A stretch of 64,000 bases of DNA from the NCBI RefSeq assembly GCF_009834535.1, contig NC_045696.1, positions 80,106,001 through 80,170,000 of the forward strand, written 5' to 3'. Under the pieces are notes generated by a model. The model had not been told where the DNA came from. It searched no databases and saw only the letters and a program-made list of their open reading frames with translations. The stretch comes from Camelus ferus (taxonomy: Eukaryota). The position numbers and the translations under genes are program-made. This document shows, in pieces, positions 53,001-64,000 of the stretch; within the stretch, counting starts at the first letter, position 1; each line of letters opens with the position of its first letter.

Positions 53001-55186
53001 TCTTACTCCCATCTGCTTATCTTTTTCTCCTTCATAAACAAAGTATCCCTCTTCAGTCAGCCACCACCCTGTCAGCATCGTAAACAATGCAGATATTCCG
53101 AAGTTCTGCAAGTGGTCATAAGCTAACGCAGCAGAGGTGCTTCTGGAAAGGTATGGGCAAATGAGGAAGGTCTCCATGCACCCAGAGCAGGTAGTACACA
53201 AAGGAAACCAGAGGTGGAGTCTAGGTAAAGTGAACAATCTTCCCTAATCTGTCTTGTAAAGACAACTCACTTGTTTCACAGCTTTCCTTTAGTTGAAGAA
53301 ACTCAGGTATAATTTGTCTTAAATATTCAATAAAGTCTTCATTCAACAAAAATAAAATGCAGTCCAGAAAGTGCCAAGCCTGCCATTTCTTTGTTCATAT
53401 TTTATTTTTTGTGTCTATCAAGCTGCTTGCCCTGTGAGAAATGGAATGAATCCTTTGTGTTCTGTTAATGGACAGGGTTGTTGTGTGAACTCTACGAATC
53501 TTAGTGAAGACAGAGATTCTAAGCTATACCTAGCAGAGCACCATATTCCCCAAGTTAGACCAACATGTTACCATGAAATTCAAATGATTGCCTTTTCCCA
53601 ATTTGCCAAAGACCTTTAAACCCCTAAACTCATGGTTAGACAGCTCGGTATGTACGTGCACGCAAACATTCATTTGTATCAAAAACATTAACAGTTGCTT
53701 TAACTCTTTCAGTAAATTGATCAATTGACACATGTAGAAATTGAACTATTTTATTAATGTTCACTTGCTTTGCTGCTGCTTATACTGGATATTAATAGAA
53801 TAACTGGAATAACTGTTCATAGTTAGATAAATTGCCTCTTGTTCTTGTTTTTCTTGAACACTGGCTAATAATGCAGTCTTTCCAGCTCTTTTCACAGCAG
53901 GGCATCTGTATACAATAATAATAGTTTATATGGGACACTGGGGTAAGCAGCGCAGGAACTTGGCTCCCCAGGGACTGAGGGGATCAGTGTCACAGCACAT
54001 GTGTATCCTTTTCAAGCTGTATCAGTGTGCGTGGGCTGGGAAGCTGGATTATGGTGTATTGCAGACTTCACATAGTTCTCATTTCTACTAATAGCACTGT
54101 TTTCTTGATCTTGAGATGGCATTAAATATTTCGTTAATCATCAGTGTTCTGCTTCATATTGTGCAGAAAGGTACTATTGCTTTCTGGCTGTTACCCCTGG
54201 GAGGTTTAAGAGCCACTAGGAGATAAAGTATATAAGTTCATGCACCTGTGCCAGGAAAGTTTCTGATCACTCTGTGACACTTCTGGGCCTCTCCAGCTTG
54301 ACAAGTCACTGGTTCCAGATGGCTTCCAGCTCTCTGGCTTTGAAACATGGCCATCAGGTCTTGCAGGGAGGTCAGTTTTATTGGTGTACTCCATAGGAAG
54401 AGCTTGTATAAGAAGTGGAAAGAGGGAATACACTCTGCGGGGTCTTTGCTGGGTGGATGACCCCATGCTCCTTCTCCAACCAGATAATTTCCCGTGAACA
54501 CTTAATGCAGAGTTTGATGCCCTTGGGGTTCAAATGGGAAGAGACGACCAGGCTGCATGTTCTGTGCACATCTCTACAAAGCTGGTTGTGTCTGGTCTCC
54601 TTCTATGTGCTGGGCCACCATGGACTCACTTCCTTCCTTCTCACACATTCATTCCTTTCTCCTAGTCTCAAAACAGTCAGACACACTTAAATATATATGC
54701 TTAAGAACACTTTTAAAATACTTTAATAAATATAAAACTTTCCCCTCTTTTATTTGCATTTAAATAAAGTATTCTTCCTCCGCTCCTTGTATGTTAGTGG
54801 AACTGTGATATACTGATATAGGGGGAAAAAGGGACTGAGTCCTGGAATTCACGATTCTTGGGTTTAAGTTGAAGGGCTGCCATTTATCCAGCTAAATGGG
54901 CCAGTTCAGCTAATTTCTGAGCCTTACCGATAAAATGAGACTGGGGATGCCTGTCCCGTTTCCCTCTCAGGGCTGATCTGAAGATCAAAGGAGATCTCAT
55001 GTAGGTAAAGCTCTAAAAAATGAAAGGTAGATACGATTTGTTATTATATTAAAAGTGGCCAGTGAGTCCTAAGGGCAGCGGCAATTGTCTTGTCAGAATT
55101 CAAATACTTCTGAAGAGTTGGTGCGTGTGGCTCTGGTGTGATAAAGCTGACACGAGCTCTCCCTGTTACTCCCCCTCATCCTGCAG

Positions 55187-55415
55187 AGTAACCTGATACA
55201 CTACCTGGGCCTCAGCCATCATCTGCTCGCACTGAACTTTATCATCGTTTCTTTCGGCAAGAAAAGTGCATGGTCATCTACTCAAGTGAAGGTGACCGAC
55301 ACTGACTTTGATGGCGTGGAAGTCAGAGTGTTTGAAGGCCCTCCAAAGCCAGAAGAGCCGCTGAAACGCAGCGTTGTTTACATCCACGGAGGAGGCTGGG
55401 CCCTGGCAAGCGCAA
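55187..55415 (+). CDS. NCEH1: NCEH1 coding exon 2 (229 nt, contains the HGGG oxyanion motif)
   Basis: A pyrimidine tract and CTGCAG acceptor end at 55186. The exon encodes [76 protein letters not shown], in frame with exon 1. The phase-1 donor is A|GTATGT at 55416. HGGG is the HSL/GDXG-family hydrolase motif. Confidence 0.97.
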
Positions 55416-56296
55416 GTATGTCCCGGTCACCTTCAGGTTATTTGTGGTTGTGGCTGTCCTGGCAGAGATATGTGACTGAGTTGGCTTTCTTACTGGGTAA
55501 AGAGAAGGGGGCATCCATTTGACTGTCCCTGGGCAGTCCCATTTACCCCTATTGTCCACCAGTTCCATTCTTGAAAGAGTCCTGTTTTGGATGATTAATT
55601 ATATGGTCACCCTTCATAAAGGTTTTTGCCCATTTGTTAATTCAGGCAGACTGTTTTGAAAATATTTCCTGTGACCTAAATCATAGAATAATGTATTATA
55701 AAGTACTGAAGTTACTTTCTGCACCAAAAGAAGGTGAAGTTTCATTGGGCCAGAATAGAAGGGAATTATCTGTAGCCCTATGCCAACTTGTGTTTGGAAG
55801 ACATCTTTCTATGAAATAGAATGAGTGTTTCTGAATACACACATAAACTCATTAGCATTTCATCTGCTTATTAAACCAAAGATAAAAATATAAAATGTAT
55901 GCTGCTGTTAAAAGGAAATGATCCTGCAAAGTTCAAGAATATTCTCTTCAGCATTGGATAACTTTCATGAGCAGAACACATTAAAAATGTCAGGCAGCCA
56001 CATGGAGCAGCCCAGTCAAAAACATACTAAGGAGAAAGTAAGGGCCTTATCTCTGCTCATAATTATTATGGAGTTGCTTTCTCATCTTCAACCCAGAGCT
56101 TTTGTCATCCTTTAAGTTTCAGGCAACGACAACTTGTTCTGATTTGTCTTTTTTTTTAAATAACTTTTTTTTTAATGCAGCAAAGGCCAAAAGTATAACT
56201 TTTTCTAGTAATCTCATTTCATTTAACTCCATAGGCATCATTTATTCTTTTATTCATTGATTTGTTCACATTTCCAACAGATGTTTGCTGAATATG

Positions 56297-56391
56297 TAGG
56301 TTTGCCCAGGACTGAGGGGTTTCTTGGGGTGCGGGACTTTCAGTAGAAAACCTCAAACAGTTTGTGCATACCTGGACCTTTGGTCACCCTA
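56297..56391. mobile_element. MER94-like hAT-Blackjack MITE
   Basis: The sequence ggtttgcccaggactgaggggtttcttggggtgcgggactttcagt...ttggtcacccta resembles MER94. Confidence 0.6.
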
Positions 56392-57306
56392 ATGTGAGCC
56401 AGGTGATAGGGATACAAAAAAGAGTAAGACAGAGTCTCTTCCCTAGAAAACATTGCATCTGTAGCATTGGGCACTTGCCAGGTGAGATGTTACATCGGAG
56501 GCCAGGAAGTATAAGTGCCAGGAATGGTATGGATTATAAGTCAACCTGGACTTTTTCACATAATTTTGACTGATCACTTCTGCCAGAGGGAGAGCTCAAG
56601 CTGGGGGATGTATGCAGGTGGTTATATAGTTATTGTGCTTCTGGGTCTAAGGCTTCCTTGGAAAGCCTATAAATAAGATAATATTTGGCTTTCTGTTGAC
56701 ATAGTGCAGCTCTTAATTTATTGAAAGAACAGCTAAGTGATTAAATTTTTACATATAAAATTGCTTTTGTCACTTCAAATCTTTTGATTCTCTTTCTAAG
56801 AAATGCTAAGGCTTCCTAAACTTCTAGTTTGTTATGTGTTGGTTTTAATCAACAGAATACCGTATTCTTCAAATTGGTAACTTTTCTGAATTACAGCAAA
56901 TAAGCGTGTTAAAAGAGAAGAAATTTTTGGTTCTAAGGAGGAATCTGCTTATTTGCTATGATCTTTGGAAAGGCATACATTTGAAGAACCACAAAATCAG
57001 AATTAATTTGATGCATTTCATATAGTCCATTATGAAATAAATGTTTAGTTAGTTGAAAACACATTCCAAGCTAATCTAAAATGGATTTCCTGTTCTATTA
57101 TAATAATTGCGTTTTATCAGAAGCCAGATTTATGTTTTTGCTTTTGTACATGTAACTCTGTTAATGAAATGTATGTTCATATTTGCTTTTTATTATTAAT
57201 AACTTAAATCCAAGTCTAAAAACAATCCACAATTAGCAGAGTTTAAGAACGGACAGTATTAAATGAACTGCTTTATAGTGAGTGATTGCTCCTTTGTCTC
57301 TTTTAG

Positions 57307-57376
57307 AAATCAGGTATTATGATGAACTGTGTACAGCAATGGCTGAGGAATTGAATGCTGTCATTGTCTCCATTGA
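57307..57376 (+). CDS. NCEH1: NCEH1 coding exon 3 (70 nt)
   Basis: The acceptor ctcttttAG ends at 57306. The exon completes K and encodes [23 protein letters not shown], in frame with exon 2. A canonical donor GA|GTAAGT is at 57377. No exon 4 (YRLVPK...) was found before 64000. Confidence 0.96.
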
Positions 57377-58213
57377 GTAAGTAACTAATAGTCACAGAGA
57401 AAAATTTAAGGGATCCTAGATTACTGTTTAGTTACTTTAGTTTATAATTGATAGAGTGTAAAATAAAAGTCCAGAAAGGTGAAGTGATGAATGTTCCCAA
57501 GTTCACAGAAAGTGATTTCCGATACAATTTAGAATTTTTTGAACTAGCTTTATAATGCCTCAAATTCTTTTTATTTCAGTCTTGCAAACTTATAGAAAAG
57601 GAATTAACTAAAATTGAGAGAAACATACAACCAGTTATCTACATTATATGGTTTGATTACTGCCTTTTTAGACCTAAAAACCAATCAGCATTTTAAGAGA
57701 ATCTTTCCTATAACCAAGCGTTGGAAAAGTTGTTCTCCTGAAATCAGGTTCTGTAACTTTGACCTTGTAAATAGTAACGTGTTCAGTAAACCTTAGTTGA
57801 TGCAGCTACTATTACCACTATTAGTGTTAGTATTCTAAGAAGAATGTGAATAATGATTATGACAATTGCAGTGATGGCAGTAATACGAAAGTCGTGGTAC
57901 CTGCCCTGTGGCAGGCACTGTGCAGGTGCCATCGTGTGCATTGTCTCTTTTCCTTCCTATCTTTGCTCAGATGGCATTCTTTCAGCAAGGCCTTCCTTGA
58001 CACCCCTATTTAAAACTGCAGTCCACTTTTTTCCTGCTGTTTTTCCCCCAAAATTATCAACATCTGACAAACCATATATTTAACTTATTATATCGTACTG
58101 GGTAGAAATAGACAATGTAAGTTCCATGAAGGCAGAGATTTTAGGGAATTTTGTCTGTTTTGTTCATTGCTGGTCCTTAGTGTTAGAAATGTCCCTGGCA
58201 AATAGTGGACATT

Positions 58214-58875
58214 TGTGATATTGTGGTTTGTAAGAAATATATATTTAGTCATTCAGATGACCAAAATATATTTTTCATATATATTTGATCTTTGTCCAAA
58301 GTTCCTGGATCACAGCTTCCCAAATCCTTGAAATTTCCTAAGTTTTCAGAGTGTTAAAGTGCCTTTTGTTATATGAGTGAGGTGACTTTTGGAAGCACCT
58401 AAGCATGGGGGCTGGTTACCAGGAGAACCAACCATGTGGTTAGAGGGTTGGAACTTTCCCACCCCCTGACCTCCAGGGAGGGGAGAGGGGCTGGTGGTTG
58501 AATCAGTCACCAATGGCCAATAATTTTAATCAATTATGATTATGTTTGTTTGTTTTTTAAAGGGGGGAGGTAATTAGGTTTATTTATTTATTTATTTATT
58601 TACTGAAAGTACTAGGGATTGAACCCAGGGCCTCGTGCATGCTATGTACACACTCTACCACTGAGCCTCGCCCCTTAATTGTGATTACGTAATAAAGCCT
58701 CCATAAAAACCCCAAGGACAGGGATCAGAGAGCTTTCCTTTGGTGAACACATGTAAATTTGGGGAGGGTGGCTCACCTGGAGAGGGCATGGAAGTTCTGT
58801 GCCCCTTCCACATACCTTGCCTTATGCATCTCTTCCATCTGGCTGTTCCTGAGTTGTATCCTTTTACAATAAATC
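58214..58875 (+). mobile_element. MER21-like LTR interrupted by the SINE
   Basis: The element starts TGTGATATTGTG and contains caaccatgtggttagagggttggaacttt...gacctccagggaggggagaggggctgg...caatggccaa. It also contains cataccttgccttatgcatctcttccatctggctgttcctgagttgtatccttttacaataaa. Confidence 0.75.
58546..58674 (-). mobile_element. tRNA-derived SINE (Vic-1-like, camelid)
   Basis: The minus strand reads ggggcgaggctcagtggtagagtg...gcatgcacgaggccctgggttcaatccctagtac, with Pol III A and B boxes, then (AAAT)n, cctaattacctcccccc and an A-rich tail. An imperfect 14-bp TSD lies at 58532-58545 and 58677-58690. Confidence 0.8.
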
Positions 58876-60300
58876 ACCAAGAAATTAATACAACATTGTA
58901 AACTAACTATACTTCAATAGAAAAAAAAGGAGATTAAGGGGCTTCAGATACTCTAAAGCACTAGACATGTCTGGAGGGTTAGTGCTCTATCCCATAGAAT
59001 AGAAAACTTATACATCTATTTATCAATGTATGTTTGGAACTCACAGCTCACTCTGCAGAAACAATGAGCTGAGGTGACTAGGACCCACCCAGGCTAGCCA
59101 CCCCACAAAGAGCCATATAACTTATCCTCTACTTGAAGAATAGCCAGTATCATGTGATCATGATGTTTCCCTTGGAAAGTATGCTCAAAGGTCTAATGTA
59201 GGACCATATTTTTTCTCATGACTCACTTCTTTCTTCTTTCTTTTATTTCATAAATACCTATTATATTCCTGTTATGTGCCAGCTACTGTGTTAAACTCTG
59301 GTGGCACAACAGTTTGAGTAAGATAGACATAATTTCTGCCTTCATGGACTTTACAATCTAGGTGAGAAAGCAAATCTTGAACAAGTAATGTTAAGTATGA
59401 TAAGTGATGTGAAGAAGACAGCGAGGTAGTGATGGGGGCATCTAACAGGTAAGATTTTACCTAGTTTGAAGGGTCAAAATTGAGGTTTGACTCAAATTCC
59501 TGAGGATGAGCAGAACCTAGTTAGACAGAGTGAGTTGGTCGTGGAAGTGCAAAGTGGCGTAATGAGAGGGCTTGGGAGGAAGGGAGAAGGTGGAGAGCAT
59601 TAAGGAAATGAAATGTGAGAGGAGACAGAGGGAGAGACTTAACACTTCTGGTGATGACTAAGGAAGACAAGAAATAAGGATGGATGATCCTGAGAACCTT
59701 CAGGAGGATGATGGACCCTTGATTCTCCTGGAATTCCTTCTAGCAGGGAGGCTGTCTGGGGACAGCGGCTCCTTATCCTCCAGGCTAACAGAAGTGGGTA
59801 GTGATGTCACGGCTTTGCTTCATGTGGCCTTGCAGAAGGTTATATATAATCTGAGAAAGCTGGTAGGCCAGGGTCGGGGGAGCCCTGTTGATGGAATCAC
59901 TTCACATAAAGGAACACGAGGAGTTGAGTTCATGTCACTGGTGTTGGCTCGAGGCTCTGGGGAGAGACCCAGCGACCAAGGTAGACAAAGATCTCAAGCT
60001 ATAAAAATAGGTTATAACTTCAGTAGCTTCTACACACTTTGCTGTTTTTACATATTAATTGCACAATAAGTATTTGTTAAATAAATGAAAGCAATCATCT
60101 TATCCAGGATACTTGTATATATCCTCATTTACATAATATGGGAAGTATATATTCATAAGCTTATTTTCATAAAGTTCAGTGCAGTTTAGCTATAACGTGA
60201 TACCTTTTTACCTGTAGTTTATATAATAAAACACAATACTGAAACCATAAGACAATAGGGAAAAGGAAGATCTAATTTATCTTTTTAGAAGATAAAATGC

Positions 60301-60466
60301 TAATGTACAGCATGGTGAATATAGTCAATAGTATTGTATTAACTGTGTATAGTGACAGGTGGTAACTAGACTTATTGTGGCAGTCGTTTCATAATGTATA
60401 TACATGTTGAATCACTATGTTCTGCACCTGAAACTAATATAATGTTATATTTATATTTCAATTACA
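60301..60466 (+). mobile_element. Short L1 3'-end insertion with a 14-bp TSD
   Basis: L1 3' UTR text (aatgtacagcatggtgaatatagtcaata...gaatcactatgttctgcacctgaaactaatataatg) lies between exact AGAAGATAAAATGC copies at 60287-60300 and 60467-60480. Confidence 0.85.
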
Positions 60467-61596
60467 AGAAGATAAAATGCATGATAATAAAGTAGGCATG
60501 TTGGATGTTATTAAATTCTACAAGGCATTTACATTGCTTTTTTTGGTTGTGAAAAATGATTTCAAGTTGTGTTTTGCTTTTAATTAAGCCTTTACTACAC
60601 TTGTAAACTCTCCGTTTTGTGTAGATGGAGACCTGTTCCTTCCACCAAATGTCAAACAGGTGGCATTACGCACAGAGCTCTAAAGAACATTGCTCACGTA
60701 GACAGAAGAGGAGTTGAATCACGTATCCTAGTCTGCTGCCAACAGAGATATAAGCGGTGGGGCTTTTATGCCTCTGTCTTGTTCATCCATAAAATTAGAG
60801 GAGAGCAAGCTGACAAAATCACAGAGCTTCTAGGAAGCAAAGTGTTCAAACACGTCGATAAATAGTTGTTCAAACAAGATACCCTGAAAAACACGGAGCG
60901 AGGGTGACCTACCTGTGACTTTCCCTCTGCTCCTTCTCTACTCTTCCTCCAAGTACTGGGTGGAGAAATCCTCACGCATCAACCCCACCTGAGCAACCCT
61001 AGAAGGTGGGCAGACCAATTCCTAAGGGTTCCCCTCCAAGAAAGGGAAGATTTGTCCAAAACTTTCCTTTTACTCAGTCCAGGTCACCTTATTAGTGACT
61101 CTAAAGGCCAGCATCACAAATAATTTAATGCTACAAAAAGATAATATTGTGGCTTCTTGTAAGAAGTAGGTTGTTTCAGTTCCTTCATGATCATTAACCA
61201 ATGAATTCCTCCTTTTTAGACTAAGCTAATGTCTCCTTGGCTCTGTTTTCTACTAACATAAAAAATCTACTGGTTTCTCTCTTGTGGTTTAGGTCTTCTA
61301 GAATTTCGGGGGTGGAAGCAAGGGTGGGGGTGGAATTGGAGCTCGGCAGAAAGCCTGTGCTGCAAACCACAGTGAGGATGGTCAGCCTAGTTCCACCCAC
61401 ACCTGAGCCCTATGGAGCTATGTTTGGCTTCTGAGTCACACAGAGAAAGGAGGTCAGAGGGATTCAGCTTCTGCAGCCACCTGAGGGAATGCCCTGGCTC
61501 TGTGTTCCCCCTTGAGGTGAAAGGCTAGGTTTGCATTTGAATGGATGGAGGCCTGAGGAGCTGCCTGCTGTGTACATGGAGACATCTCAGGCGGTC

Positions 61597-61725
61597 TTTT
61601 TTTTTTTTTTTTTTTTTAATCAACTAAAGTATAGTCAGTTACAGTGTGTCAATTTCTGATGTACAGCATAATGTCCCATTCATGTATATGTACACATATA
61701 TTCATTTTCATATTCTTTTTCATTA
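61597..61725 (-). mobile_element. Short L1 3'-end fragment with a long poly(A) tail
   Basis: A long T-run is followed by aagtatagtcagttacagtgtgtcaatttctgatgtacagcata, resembling the 3' end of the L1 at 33630. No clear TSD. Confidence 0.7.
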
Positions 61726-64000
61726 AGGTGTAAACAGAGTCAGAGAATCACCTCGTTTAAATGGACCTCACTTCTAGGCTCAGTCTCTGCTAGGATTTTG
61801 GTGATGCATCCTGATGTCTGTCAGTTCTTTTGACTGTACTTATTATCCAATCAGCTAAGTCTTTGCTAAGCTCTGCTCTTCCTTGCTGAATGACTGGTAA
61901 ATCTCGAGGGCCAATTTTGAGAGTAGAAACAGAAAGGCAGACCCTTCTTCAGCCTTTATCCACAAACCTCATTGTGCAAACTGAAAGAGAAACAATTATG
62001 CATTCACAATCCTTCCACTTCTGTGCAATTTTATTTTATGTTCTTTTAATGGAAAGGAAGCTTCTACCTGTTAGAGAAATAAATTCTTCCTCTGGCGTTG
62101 TCTCCCTCAAACAGCACAATATGAATGTAATTGTTGATTTGTTTCAGATAACTCCTACTGAATATATGGGTTCTTTATGACTGAGGAGAATATTAACCTT
62201 TTTGTGTTCTCAAGAATGAATCTACCTAGCTCTTCTTGGGAGATAATGAGAAAGGGAGGGGGAGGAGGGCAAAAACAGAATGCGGTTTTGTCTCTCCTCA
62301 ATCAAATAGGAGTATAATTTTATTCCAGAATATCACATGTACCTTTCACCTAATTGGCACTACATGAAGAGAACTCAGTGTCCTTGCCCACTGCAGAGGA
62401 CTGTCACAGCGTTTTCAGGTTAGGTTATTTTGAGGGAGAATGCATTTTACAGTGCTCTTAGAACATTAGTGTCATTCAGGGCTTCAATTTCCATAGTCTT
62501 GAAGCAACGCACATTTCCCTTCAACTCTGGGCTTGTGTATTGCCTTTGACTTAAGGAGAAACTTGTCAGTCTTTCTGAGCACTGCGCCATCTCCCTGGTC
62601 AGTGATAAGTGGGCGATAAAGTAACAGACATGGCAGTGGCACTGCTTATGTCAGGTGGGTACACACTGAACTCTTCAGTGTGTGATTCTGACTTCCCATC
62701 TACTCTCAGAGGAAGCTGACATGTCTGTTATGACTGATTGTAAGAAAGACTTTGAGGGCTCCAAGAAAGGAGAGTTACTTTTGGCTGGGTTCTTAGACGT
62801 TTTCATAGAAGAGCTGGCATTTGAGATGAGACTTAAAAGGATGGGAACATTTGATGAGGAGTTGCTGGGGGAAGGGCATGAGGGATGGAGAGAAGGCCGG
62901 ATGCACTGGCAATGGGAATGGGGAGAAGTGTTAAAGGAAGAGTGACAGTATGGCTGGATGCAGTGATATTTCTGAGCCATGGCTGCACATGAGAATTACT
63001 CGGGGGAACTTTTCTTCAAAGATAGCTGTGCTGGGCCCCACCTTGGATCATATAAATTGGAATGTTTTGTGGAGGGAGTCAAACCTCAGTGTTTTTTGTA
63101 AAGCTCCCAAGATTATCCTAAGCTGCACACAGAGTTGAGAAGCTCTGAGCTACACAGAGAATACAAGCAGTCCTTGGAGATGTGCCCAAAGAGTAGATGA
63201 GTTAGGAACAATTTCTTTTTTTAATGTTTTGAAAGGCATATGGTTTATTAGTTTTCCCACCATAATAGTGCTACATGTCATGTATTTTATGAGTAAAAAG
63301 TATAAAGTAAATCCTTAAAATTTTGTTGGTAATGAAGAAAAATATCTTATTAAAGATATACCATGTGCCAAGAACTGTGCTCAGTGGTTTGTTTTGAGAA
63401 TATTGCAAAAACATAGAAGTCATGAGAGAAGTTCTGGGATGTCAGACATCTACAGTTTTGAGAATTTACTGCTTTGGTGAGGTAATGAGAACACGCACAC
63501 ATTTAAAGGCTCTGGGTTTTGAAGAATGAGAATATTTTAAAAGGGGGCAGGCACGTGGATTATGAAGTCAGTTGTGAATTCAGATCCCAGCCTTGCCACT
63601 TACCAGCTGTTGTAGACTCGAGCCTCATGTTCTCATCCTTAAACCCACAGCTTTGCTCTGAGATTTGAGTGAAACATCTGTAGAGCACCTGGCAAGTTGC
63701 CTCACCTAGCAAGAAAAAGATAATTTTTATAGAGTATACATATTTATTAAATTGATTAAACCTCATTCCTGAGTGTACACTGAATTTTGTTCCTTTAGTA
63801 GGAGGCATGTGCAGTAATTGGTAGGCAGAAAACAACATTGCAGAGTCATCTATCCTGCAGTGAGCTGGGCAATTTGAGGCTGTATTTGCCACAAATTCAT
63901 CAGGTGCTTTAACTCAAGATCTACATTTTTTTTTTTTTAAGGCAGAATCCTCTTTCAGTACTTTGCAGGGGATGCAGCTTTGAACAAAAGCAGCAGATAA

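Noticed and set aside
58610..58674. tRNA gene
   Set aside because: The A and B boxes belong to a SINE head with a tail and TSD, and no complete cloverleaf is evident.
1..64000. CRISPR arrays, operons or other prokaryotic or defence systems
   Set aside because: The sequence is mammalian intronic and intergenic DNA. I saw no regularly spaced repeat arrays, only short microsatellites.

Overview
This is mammalian genomic DNA, most likely a camelid (inferred from a Vic-1-like tRNA-derived SINE). The window holds about 17 kb of repeat-rich upstream sequence, then the CpG-rich promoter and first three coding exons of NCEH1 (AADACL1/KIAA1363, neutral cholesterol ester hydrolase 1) on the + strand. 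Exon 1 CDS is 17575-17712, exon 2 is 55187-55415 and exon 3 is 57307-57376; later exons lie beyond the window. The ~37.5 kb intron 1 carries a decayed antisense NAP1L5-like retrocopy (~42872-43345), a 5'-inverted (twin-primed) L1 and a second truncated L1. The rest is L1, L2, MIR, LTR and DNA-transposon relics, several of them nested and with readable target-site duplications (TSDs). I see no evidence of a wholly new biological system. The best leads are the NAP1L5-like retrocopy, an out-of-frame upstream ATG in NCEH1 exon 1, and repeated perfect NRF2/sMAF (ARE) motifs. Repeat family names and comparisons with human proteins come from recall, not from database searches.
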